Below, piece by piece: positions 21,074-29,720 of a DNA stretch of 64,000 nt (its first letter is position 1; each line of letters begins with the position of its first letter). The translations under genes and the position numbers were made by a program. Under the pieces are notes generated by a model. The model saw only the letters and a program-made list of their open reading frames with translations. It did no database searches and had not been told where the DNA came from. This DNA is from Candidatus Rifleibacteriota bacterium. GTDB lineage: Bacteria; Muiribacteriota; Ozemobacteria; Ozemobacterales; Ozemobacteraceae. The DNA lies in NCBI GenBank assembly GCA_012520995.1, contig JAAYNI010000080.1:25823-89822 (forward strand), in the 5' to 3' direction.

Positions 21074-22945
21074 AAATGCGATGATTTGCGCGCAAATCTG
21101 ATCAGGCAATAGACCTTCCAAGTGCAGCAGTTCTTTTCTGGTACCATGAGTAATAAATTCATCAGGCAAACCCAAACGCAGAAGCCTGTTGGAAGCTCCC
21201 ATATCAGAAAGTTCTTCCAGAATAGCTGAACCGAATCCGCCCTTCAAAATATTTTCTTCCATGGTGACTATAGGAATTTTCCGCTCTTTTAAGCTTTCCA
21301 GCATAGCTTTATCTAAGGGTTTCAAAAACCTCGGATTTATTATCGCCGCATCAATATTTTTTTCTTTTTTGAGCTTTTCTGCCACTTTGATTGCCGAAGA
21401 AAGCATATTGCCTGCCGCTATCATGGCTAGACAATCACCGTCTTTAAGCATCACGGATTTGCCGTATTCAATCTCTGTATCAGTTTTTGCAGAAGAAGAC
21501 AAAAACTCGACTTTCCCTCGCGGATATCTTATAGCTATAGGTCCTTCAGCCTTTTTGGCAGCAAACTCAAGCATAAGTCTCAGTTCTTTGTCATCGCAAG
21601 GTGACATTATGGTCATATTGGGAATCATGCGCAAATAAGAAATATCAAAAACTCCCTGATGAGTTTTACCGTCCTCGCCTACTATTCCAGACCTATCAAT
21701 ACAGAAAATTACTGGAAGATTATTTAAAGCGACATCATGAATGATCTGGTCAAAAGCTCTCTGCAAGAAACTCGAGTATATAGCGAGCACAGGCTTAAGA
21801 CCTGAGTTAGCCATAGCCGCAGCCATGCAGACCGCGTGCTGTTCCGCTATGCCCACGTCAAAAAAGCGAGAAGGATAAAGCCTGGCAAACTCTTGCAATC
21901 CGGTGCCTTCTTTCATTGCAGCAGTAATAGCCAGCACTTCGGAATCTTCTTCTGCAAGCTTGCAGATTGCTTCACTGAACACTTCAGTATAGGTAGGAGC
22001 AGCAGAGGGAGTTTTAAGAGAATGTCCGGTTTCAATCTCAAAACTGCCGACTCCGTGGAACTTGTCACTAGCTGAAATAGCAGGTTCATATCCCCTGCCC
22101 TTTTCAGTAAGCACATGCAAAAATATGGGACCTGGATGCTCTTTGGCTCTTTGCAAAGACTTTTCGAGCATATCGAAATCATAACCGTCAACGGGGCCTA
22201 TATATGTATATCCCAGCTCTTCAAACATAATTCCTGGAGTCAGCAAGTATTTGAAAACACCTTTGAAGCGGCTCAATATATTATAAAGACGGTTTCCAAA
22301 ACCAGGCAGACTTTTCGCCGCATAAGCCAGATAATCTTTCGGAGTAGTGTATATAGGCTCCAAGCGCAACTTGTGCAAATAGTCCGCCATGCCGCCGATA
22401 TTCTTAGAAATAGACATCTCATTGTCATTTAAAATGACTATAAGATTTCTCATTTTGAGGTGACCTGAATAATTTAAAGCTTCCAGAGCCATACCGCTTG
22501 TCATAGCGCCATCGCCTATTACAGCTATTGTTTTCCTGTCTTCGCCTTTCAGCTCGTTTGATATAGCCATACCTTGAGCCAAAGAAATAGAAGTGGAACT
22601 GTGTCCTGTCACAAAAGTATCGTGAACGCTTTCTTCTGGACTCGGAAAACCGCTCATGCCTCTAAAACGCCGCAAAGTTTCAAATTCTTTCAGGCGACCG
22701 GTCAAAATCTTGTGAGTATAGCACTGATGGCCCACATCCCAGATTATTTGATCATAAGGAGAATTAAAAATCCTGTGCAAAGCTATAGTCAGCTCTACAA
22801 CACCCAAATTGCCAGACAGATGCCCTCCATTTTTGGAAACTCTGTTTATTATTTCTTTGCGTATCTCGTCTGAGAGTTTAGCAAGCTGTTCATAAGAGAG
22901 TTTTCTCAAATCTGCCGGGGCTTTAATGGAATCAAGCAATCGCAC
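21068..22945 (-). CDS. dxs: 1-deoxy-D-xylulose-5-phosphate synthase
   Basis: GGHLSGNLG, WDVGHQCY, GDGAMTSG...NDN ThDP motif, DVGIAEQH, IRYPRG. Confidence 0.98.
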   Translation of the reverse strand: MRLLDSIKAPADLRKLSYEQLAKLSDEIRKEIINRVSKNGGHLSGNLGVVELTIALHRIFNSPYDQIIWDVGHQCYTHKILTGRLKEFETLRRFRGMSGFPSPEESVHDTFVTGHSSTSISLAQGMAISNELKGEDRKTIAVIGDGAMTSGMALEALNYSGHLKMRNLIVILNDNEMSISKNIGGMADYLHKLRLEPIYTTPKDYLAYAAKSLPGFGNRLYNILSRFKGVFKYLLTPGIMFEELGYTYIGPVDGYDFDMLEKSLQRAKEHPGPIFLHVLTEKGRGYEPAISASDKFHGVGSFEIETGHSLKTPSAAPTYTEVFSEAICKLAEEDSEVLAITAAMKEGTGLQEFARLYPSRFFDVGIAEQHAVCMAAAMANSGLKPVLAIYSSFLQRAFDQIIHDVALNNLPVIFCIDRSGIVGEDGKTHQGVFDISYLRMIPNMTIMSPCDDKELRLMLEFAAKKAEGPIAIRYPRGKVEFLSSSAKTDTEIEYGKSVMLKDGDCLAMIAAGNMLSSAIKVAEKLKKEKNIDAAIINPRFLKPLDKAMLESLKERKIPIVTMEENILKGGFGSAILEELSDMGASNRLLRLGLPDEFITHGTRKELLHLEGLLPDQICAQIIAFL

Positions 22946-23159
22946 TAACTAAGACCTCCAGAGTCTTAAGTTTATTTTATATTTCACTCAACAATAAGGA
23001 GTCGAAACTATTTAAAAGCTGCTGAAAAGAGAGCTTGCCAGAAGCTGTTATTATCTTTAGGAGCTTATTTTTTTAAATATGCTCCTAAAATATGCCACGA
23101 CAATATAACACATTTTGCTTTTCCAGTCTCAATAACATCTGTATACCTAAAGAAGTAAA

Positions 23160-23266
23160 GGGGGAGACAGGGATTAGGGGGAGTTAGAGCAGCGAGAACA
23201 AATCTCCAAGACAAATAGCAAAACCTTTTTTAAAACCACAGATTACACTACCCACTCTAGTGCGGC
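23160..23266. repeat. Intergenic repeat-arm locus D
   Basis: aaaaccttttttaaaaccacagattacac fused to cactacccactctagtgcggc (23246-23266), which recurs with one mismatch at 27584-27604. Confidence 0.7.
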
Positions 23267-23340
23267 GGCAAATCTGTCACGCAACATTTAGTTTATTAAA
23301 TTGGAGAATATGATAAGAAACTTTTAGATGTTTCACAGCG

Positions 23341-24729
23341 CTAGGCTTTCGTGCCGTAGCCGAATAGAAGAATCCAGACAGTCTGAAATATAATTTTAAT
23401 ATCCAGCATCAGACTGTAATTATCTATGTAATACAAATCATAAAGAACCTTATCAGTCATCTCTGTGTAAAATCTGGAGTTGACTACTGCAAGTCCCGTC
23501 ACTCCCGGCTTAACAGAAAGCCTTCTCCCCTGAAATTCCGGCATTTGATCCGCAAAAAATGCACGCTCCGGCCTAGGTCCTACAACCGACATTTCTCCAG
23601 CCAGCACTAGAAAGAACTGTGGCAGCTCATCAAAACCGTAATTGCGAAGTTTTTTGAAAAATGGCGTTATTCTAGGATCATCCTCACCTGAGACTTGAGG
23701 ACCGCTTTCGTTTTCGCTTCCAAGTTTCATAGTTCTGAATTTAATCAGATCGTATTCTTTGCCAAACCTGCCAATTCTTTTTTGCTTATAAAAAATCGAA
23801 CCATTTAAACGAAGCTTCACAGCCAAAGCAGTAAATATCATAGCCGGAGCTGATATTACAATAGCAGCGGCAGAAAATACTATATCAAAAAGCCGTTTAC
23901 CGAAAGCTCTGATTCCAGTAATAGGCCTTGAAGAAAGAGTCACCATCGGATAGCCGTCCAATGTTTTCATAGCAGTAAGACCGCCAGATACTGCTTTATT
24001 TACTGCAAAACGAACCCTAAAATGATGAGGCTCCTCTTTTCTGGCATAAAATATTTGAGACCAAAATGAATCAAGATTGAGTTCATGGTCAGCCACTATA
24101 ATTTCATCTACATGATGAAAAACTACAAAAGAAGCCAAATTCTCTATATCAGACGCATCATAATGTTTGAGGATTATAACGCGAACAGGCATATGGCGAT
24201 GAAACCAACGAACCATTTGCCCTGCTGTCTGAACATCACCTATAGTGACAGCCTTAAGAAGTTTTTTATGGGGCAAAAAGAAAGTGAAAAGAAATATTCT
24301 CACAAAGAAAAGAGTAAAAAGACCTATAAAAAGTGCTATAAGAAAAACCGCACGCGGGAAATTGTGAGACATTTCCGCAATATGCCTGGAAAGAAAAGCT
24401 ATGAGGTTAAAAGAAAGAAATGAAGCCCCCAAAGCCGTTAAAAGCTGAAAAAACAAATCGGATGCGCCCTTTTTAGCTTTTATATTGAATATGCCTGCCA
24501 AAGAACCCCAAAAAATATAAATACCCAACAGCAGGCATCTTACCCTTAGATAGGAAGTTACATAAAGATACTCATCCGGTATTTCAACAAGCCAAAAGTT
24601 GAAAACCTTAAGAAAAATCAGGTTTAACAAAAAGGCATCTACAGCAAGCAGAACCAAAGCAAAAAAAGGTTCAAAGCCTTTTGGCAAACGAACAAGCAGA
24701 CCGTGGAGTTTTCTATTTAGCCCAGCCAA
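23341..24729 (-). CDS. Polyprenyl glycosylphosphotransferase (WcaJ/WbaP-type priming sugar transferase)
   Basis: Four N-terminal TM helices; C-terminal Bac_transf motifs KRLFDI, KFRTM, DELPQ, GEMSVVGPRPE, KPGVTG, YDLYYI. Confidence 0.93.
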   Translation of the reverse strand: MAGLNRKLHGLLVRLPKGFEPFFALVLLAVDAFLLNLIFLKVFNFWLVEIPDEYLYVTSYLRVRCLLLGIYIFWGSLAGIFNIKAKKGASDLFFQLLTALGASFLSFNLIAFLSRHIAEMSHNFPRAVFLIALFIGLFTLFFVRIFLFTFFLPHKKLLKAVTIGDVQTAGQMVRWFHRHMPVRVIILKHYDASDIENLASFVVFHHVDEIIVADHELNLDSFWSQIFYARKEEPHHFRVRFAVNKAVSGGLTAMKTLDGYPMVTLSSRPITGIRAFGKRLFDIVFSAAAIVISAPAMIFTALAVKLRLNGSIFYKQKRIGRFGKEYDLIKFRTMKLGSENESGPQVSGEDDPRITPFFKKLRNYGFDELPQFFLVLAGEMSVVGPRPERAFFADQMPEFQGRRLSVKPGVTGLAVVNSRFYTEMTDKVLYDLYYIDNYSLMLDIKIIFQTVWILLFGYGTKA

Positions 24730-25809
24730 TCAAAGCAATCCAAGTTTTATTTCTTCTGCAAAGTCATTTAAAGGAAGAATTCTAGAAACAGCTTGCATTT
24801 CTATAGCAGCTCTGGGAATACCAAAAACAACAGAGGTTTCCTTGTCTTGAGCCATAGTAAGCCCGCCCACCAAGAATATGTTTTTAAGACCTCTGGCGCC
24901 GTCATCTCCCATTCCTGTAAGCAAAATACCTATTGCATTGGCTCCAAATTCTTTTGCAGCAGAAAACATCAAAACGTCGATAGAAGGGGCAAATTTGTTA
25001 CTGGAAAAATCTTCGGAGACAATTTTAAATTTGTATTCACCTTTAATACTCTTTTCAACTGTTGTTTGCATATCGCCAGGACAAATGTATACAACAGAGT
25101 TTTGCAAAAGCTCTCTGTCAACCGCTTCTTTAACTTTTATATTGCATATGCGATTCAGGCGATCCGCAAATGCCTTAGTAAAAGAGCTCGGCATATGTTG
25201 GGCAATTATTATAGGGGCATTAAGATTGGCCGGCAATTCGGACAATATTCTCTGAATCGCAGGAGGACCTCCTGTTGAAGCTCCTATGAAGACTGCTTTT
25301 TTAATGGCGTGAAATTTAGCATGCTTTCTTTGAGGCACAGAAGGGGTTATCGCTTTGGCAAGATCAAGACGCTGTATGAGAGGCTTGCTTTCAGCCAAAT
25401 GACGAACCTTTGTCACCAACTCTTTCTGAATTGAGAACATTTTGGTGCTGATACCGGAGCCAGGTTTTGGCAAATAGTCCACTGCACCCAACTCCAAAGC
25501 ATCCAAAGTGACTTGAGCGCCTTCTTTGGTCAGAGAGCTCACTATGAGAACCGGCAATGGAGCAACCCTCATGATTTCTTTTAAAGCGTGCAAGCCGTCC
25601 ATTACTGGCATTTCTATATCTAATGTGATCACGTCAGGCTTTAGACGCAAGGTTCTCTCAATGGCTTCCAGACCATTTGAAGCTGTGCCTATCACCCTGA
25701 TACAGGGATCGGCTTTCATCATGCGCTCCAGAGCAGTGCGCATAAATGCGGAATCATCGACTATCAAGACATTTATTACATTTCTAGATGTTTTTTCCAC
25801 ATTTATCAC
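24730..25809 (-). CDS. cheB: Chemotaxis response regulator / protein-glutamate methylesterase
   Basis: REC domain (VDDS, TLDIEMP) plus catalytic GASTGG, QHM, GMGDDG. Confidence 0.96.
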   Translation of the reverse strand: MINVEKTSRNVINVLIVDDSAFMRTALERMMKADPCIRVIGTASNGLEAIERTLRLKPDVITLDIEMPVMDGLHALKEIMRVAPLPVLIVSSLTKEGAQVTLDALELGAVDYLPKPGSGISTKMFSIQKELVTKVRHLAESKPLIQRLDLAKAITPSVPQRKHAKFHAIKKAVFIGASTGGPPAIQRILSELPANLNAPIIIAQHMPSSFTKAFADRLNRICNIKVKEAVDRELLQNSVVYICPGDMQTTVEKSIKGEYKFKIVSEDFSSNKFAPSIDVLMFSAAKEFGANAIGILLTGMGDDGARGLKNIFLVGGLTMAQDKETSVVFGIPRAAIEMQAVSRILPLNDFAEEIKLGLL

Positions 25810-26665
25810 CCTGAATATCAGCTTTTTTATAGATATAAGAATTTTTCATATTGTTTAAATCAAATCCTTGAGCTGATCCATTAGATAAAGACTCTGTTTC
25901 GCCTAAAAACAGGCTTCCAGATGGAAATAGCGAGTCATAAAACTTTTCCGCCAAAGCATCTCTCAAGTCTGAATCAAAGTAAATTAAAACGTTTCTGCAA
26001 AAGATAATATCTGAGTATTTCAAGATATGCAAGGAATCCAGATCTTTGAGATTCAGATAATCATATTTGACCGCATTAAGCAAAGTACGAGACGGTTTAA
26101 ACTCTGTGTGGTAAAGACCGTATCGGCTAACAGCAAAACCCAAAGCGTTTTCGATTTCCTCTAGCGGAATACGAAAAGACCTCTGTGTATATTCAGCGTT
26201 CTTGGCGGCTTCTAAACTCTTATTGCTTATATCGCAAGCTCTGAGATCAAAATCAAAGGCAACATTTCTGCTTTGAAAAGCTTTCAAAATTATAGCAAGA
26301 GAATAAGCCTCCTCACCTGTTGAACAACCTAAACTCCAGATTTTGCAAGGTCTGGAAAGACCATGAAGACGCACAAACTCAGGCAAAATCTGCTTATAGA
26401 GATATTCAAATTGCGACAAGTTGCGGAAGAAATAGCTTTCTCCGACTGTTAATGATTCTACAAGGCTCTTCATGCAAGCCTGTTCTTCTTTGTAGTTCTC
26501 AAGTTTATGAATATATTCGCTCGGCAGATCTATGTTGAAAAGCCTCATCTGTTCAGAAATCTTTTTAGCGATTTTTCTTCTGTTGCCAAGACGCTCCAAA
26601 AGAACACCAGCATAGTTTTCAACTAATTCTTCAATAAAGTATATATGAGTTTCGTTTATTTCCAT
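25784..26665 (-). CDS. cheR: Chemotaxis protein methyltransferase
   Basis: TVGESYFFR, WSLGCSTGEEAYSLA, DIIFCRNVLIYF. Confidence 0.95.
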   Translation of the reverse strand: MEINETHIYFIEELVENYAGVLLERLGNRRKIAKKISEQMRLFNIDLPSEYIHKLENYKEEQACMKSLVESLTVGESYFFRNLSQFEYLYKQILPEFVRLHGLSRPCKIWSLGCSTGEEAYSLAIILKAFQSRNVAFDFDLRACDISNKSLEAAKNAEYTQRSFRIPLEEIENALGFAVSRYGLYHTEFKPSRTLLNAVKYDYLNLKDLDSLHILKYSDIIFCRNVLIYFDSDLRDALAEKFYDSLFPSGSLFLGETESLSNGSAQGFDLNNMKNSYIYKKADIQGDKCGKNI

Positions 26666-26666
26666 A

Positions 26667-27464
26667 TCAAACGCTGAGAGGCAAGTTCAGAGAAACAGGC
26701 AAAGGCTCGTCTTGTTTGGCCACGCTTATTCTCATTTTTGAAGAAGCCTCTTGATATTCTGAGGTGAAATCGCGCATAGCATCCAAAACCAAGTCTTCGC
26801 GATTAGAATTGCGGCTTACGTGTACCAATATAAGCTCGCTTGGCAGCTTATTCATCCTTTCAAGAAGCTTACCGGCCTCGCCGTTAGGAAGATGTCCGCT
26901 GGAGCTTCTGATTCTGTTTTTAAGCCAGTACGGATAATCGCAAGTAGTAAGCATATCTTCATCATAATTGCTTTCAATACAGAGCATGTCTGAATCTTCA
27001 ACATATCTGAAGACTTTGTCAGTAAGCTTGCCCAAGTCAGTAGCAACAGCTATGGTTCCAGAGCGACCTTCGACTCTGAATCCAAGCGGTTCGGCAGCAT
27101 CATGAGGTGTCTCAAACGGGTAAACCCAAAAATCCGCTATTCGGTATGAATGTTCATCACTGACACAGCAGAAGCTTTCTATTTCAATGCCTTTGTCAGC
27201 AAGACTGTCATAAGTGCCCAGCGAAGCATATACAGGCAATTCAGGTGCCTTCTTGAGCAAAGTTTTCAGACCTTTTATATGATCCGAATGCTCGTGAGTT
27301 AGCAATATGCCTTCTAAATCTTCCAGATTCAAACCTTCAGACTTCAAAAAATCCGTTATTTTTTTGCATGAAAGTCCCGCATCCAGTAAAAAGCTGCTTT
27401 GATTAACTCGGAGCAAGGCAGAATTGCCATCACTGCCCGAACCTATGAATGTGATAGATAGCAA
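26667..27464 (-). CDS. MBL-fold metallohydrolase (YycJ/WalJ-like)
   Basis: GSGSDGN, DAGLS, THEHSDH, TPHDA, ATDLG, ESNYD, LVHVS. Confidence 0.9.
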   Translation of the reverse strand: MLSITFIGSGSDGNSALLRVNQSSFLLDAGLSCKKITDFLKSEGLNLEDLEGILLTHEHSDHIKGLKTLLKKAPELPVYASLGTYDSLADKGIEIESFCCVSDEHSYRIADFWVYPFETPHDAAEPLGFRVEGRSGTIAVATDLGKLTDKVFRYVEDSDMLCIESNYDEDMLTTCDYPYWLKNRIRSSSGHLPNGEAGKLLERMNKLPSELILVHVSRNSNREDLVLDAMRDFTSEYQEASSKMRISVAKQDEPLPVSLNLPLSV

Positions 27465-27553
27465 GATCTGTTTCCGTCCGTTCTAACTGATTTCGCTACA
27501 TTATGCACGATTTTTCACTTCATGACAAGCACAGGAGTTAAGCTCGAAAAAAC

Positions 27554-27604
27554 AAACAATTTCACTACCCGCCACCCACCAACCACTACCCTCTCTAGTG
27601 CGGC
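27554..27604. repeat. Intergenic repeat-arm locus E
   Basis: aaacaatttcactacccgccacccaccaaccactaccctctctagtgcggc: right-type 7-mer arm with the aaacaatt subterminal motif. Confidence 0.7.
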
Positions 27605-27678
27605 TCTAGCATTTGAACAAACTAATTATTGAAAAGCAGCATAAGATTTTATAGGTAACTTTTAATGAAAATGCCGCA

Positions 27679-28947
27679 CTAGCGTAGTGCGCTTTGAGCC
27701 AAGATTATGTAGGAACTGCCAGGAAAATAGCGTTCTAAGGCTCCTAAAACTCTATAAGCCTCGTTGATATTTCCAAGCTCACGCAATATTCTTACAGCGT
27801 AGTAAAGAGAGCCTTCTTTTACCGCCTTGTCATTCGAATTCTCAAAGGCTGCCTTAAAGCCGTGATAAGCTTCTATCGTCATCCCTACCGCATATTGTGA
27901 ATAAGCGTTTAAAAAGACGTATCTATCATAAGGAACAATAGAAGGATCAGGAGTAAGATTTGCCAAAAGATCCAAAGCTATATGCGGATTTCTCTCCTGA
28001 ATATAACATTCAGCAAGCAGGTAAGCAGCTTTCTGGCGTTCTCTTACAGGCAAATTCGGCGAATTCAATGCTTCCGTAAAAGCTATCCTGGCAGAGATAT
28101 ATTCTCCGTCGCCAAAGTATTTTGCTCCGCGGTGAACATTTTCAGTCGCTGAAATAACTCGGGAATTATCCTGCAAAGTCTTTCTGATAAAAGAACTGGA
28201 ATATTTATTCAGGGTATCTTCCACAAGACCGCTATAACAGATTGAAAGTTCTCTTTGGACGTTACCGCTTGCCATAATCCGTTTGATAAAACGATGCAAG
28301 AGCTTATCGCCATAAGTTTCTACCAAATATTTGATCTTAAGATAATTTTCCACGTATTTTTCCAAAGAAATAGGATTGCCTTTGGGATTTTCGTCTTCAG
28401 AACCGAAACGTTCCAAACTGAATCCCTTTTGATTCAAAGCCTTTATTCTGGCCAAGCCCTGATCAGCCGCATGAACCGCCGTACCCTCTTTGATCCACAT
28501 GGGGAGAGCCTCATATTCTCTTAAGCCCATTATGTCAGCCATGACAGCATGGGTCATTTCGTGAGTCATTTCTTCAAGAAGTGTAGCCTCACCCTTCATG
28601 AGAAATTCCAAGTCCAAAAAGACATAGTGAACCAAGACGCCTTCTTGAGTTTTTATAGATTGCCTCTTGCCGCGTAATCTGACACCGCCGTGCATTAGTT
28701 TGTCATCAAAGATAACCACAAGATTCATGCCTCTTCTCGGGGGAATTCCCAGAGTTTGTTGAATTTTGGCTAAGGCTTCTTCATAGACATAGGGCAAATC
28801 AGCCATAATCTTTTCGAATTTTGCTGTACCCAAGTAGCGTCCTTGATAAGAGCTATCTACGTAAAAAGATGCAGAGCAATCAAAGGAAATTGCAAAAAAA
28901 AGCGTTACTAAAAATAGAAGCGGCAAGTTTTTCTTATTTTTTTCCAT
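27679..28947 (-). CDS. Secreted zinc metallopeptidase (MA-clan-like) with C-terminal TPR region
   Basis: Signal peptide; HEMTH (HExxH) plus downstream WIKEGTA Glu ligand; TPR-like helices (AAYLLAECY, LYYAVRI). Confidence 0.7.
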   Translation of the reverse strand: MEKNKKNLPLLFLVTLFFAISFDCSASFYVDSSYQGRYLGTAKFEKIMADLPYVYEEALAKIQQTLGIPPRRGMNLVVIFDDKLMHGGVRLRGKRQSIKTQEGVLVHYVFLDLEFLMKGEATLLEEMTHEMTHAVMADIMGLREYEALPMWIKEGTAVHAADQGLARIKALNQKGFSLERFGSEDENPKGNPISLEKYVENYLKIKYLVETYGDKLLHRFIKRIMASGNVQRELSICYSGLVEDTLNKYSSSFIRKTLQDNSRVISATENVHRGAKYFGDGEYISARIAFTEALNSPNLPVRERQKAAYLLAECYIQERNPHIALDLLANLTPDPSIVPYDRYVFLNAYSQYAVGMTIEAYHGFKAAFENSNDKAVKEGSLYYAVRILRELGNINEAYRVLGALERYFPGSSYIILAQSALR

Positions 28948-29064
28948 ATCTTTTATAGCTCCTGTTTTGAAACTAAAAAAATATGAAGAAAAATCAAGAA
29001 ATTATTTATAAACAGATGAAGACAGGTTTGTTGTTGTCAAAAAATAATTAAGAAAGTCATATAA

Positions 29065-29634
29065 AAAGTTGTTTCGGAAGAAAGGCGTATAAGAGTTGAC
29101 AACTACCCCACAGGACGCCTTTTGGAGGAGTTTTTCAGCACAGCTTACAAAGCACATCCATATGGTCAGCCAACTCTTGGGCATATGTCTGACATAGAAA
29201 ACTATAACAGACAAGATGCCGAAGCCTTTTACCGTAAATATTATACGCCTGCCAATATGACTATAGCTATAGTCGGAGATGCAGAGCCTGAAAAAACGAT
29301 TGAGCTTGTGAAAAAATATTGGATTCGCATACCGGCTGGGAAGGCAGCACGCAGAATTACAACTGTAGAGCCTCCTCAAAAGGCTGAACGCACGGTAAAT
29401 CTATATGACAAAACTCAGCCTTTCTGCCTTGTTGGATGGCATATTCCTGAAGTTGAAAAGATTATACTTCCTAACGGCTTACGCCTTTATATACTTGAAG
29501 ACAGTACTCTGCCGCTTTTCAGAGCTTCAGTAAGAGTTCATGGAGGTTCCTATCTTGAATCTCCCGAACAAACAGGCCTTTCAAAACGGTTCTCCGCTAA
29601 TAAAACAATTTTAACGCAACCTTTATCTCTATAA
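29065..29634 (+). pseudogene. Chimeric remnant of two M16 (pitrilysin-family) peptidase genes
   Basis: After an in-frame TAA (29062-29064): KVVSEERRIRVDN...AHPYGQPTLG...FYRKYYTPANMTIAIVGD...EPPQKAER...GWHIP (mid M16 chain), joined to EVEKIILPNGLRLYILED..LPL....VHGGSYLE..EQTGLS (start of a second M16 chain), then unrelated sequence. Confidence 0.8.
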
Positions 29635-29652
29635 AAACGAAGTAAAAGGAAA

Positions 29653-29716
29653 GCGGATGAAAAATCTTTTGTCCTTTTCCGTGTATTCTGTGTGTTCCGT
29701 GGTTTAAAAAGGTTTT
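29653..29716. repeat. Intergenic repeat-arm locus F
   Basis: 29676-29710 is an exact 35-bp inverted copy of 20743-20777. Confidence 0.9.
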
Positions 29717-29720
29717 GGGG

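Noticed and set aside
20914-21162. 82-aa ORF containing TTEYTEYTEK
   Set aside because: Translation of repeat arms overlapping the dxs end.
29002-29379. 125-aa minus-strand ORF
   Set aside because: Antisense shadow of the M16 relic with no recognisable motifs.
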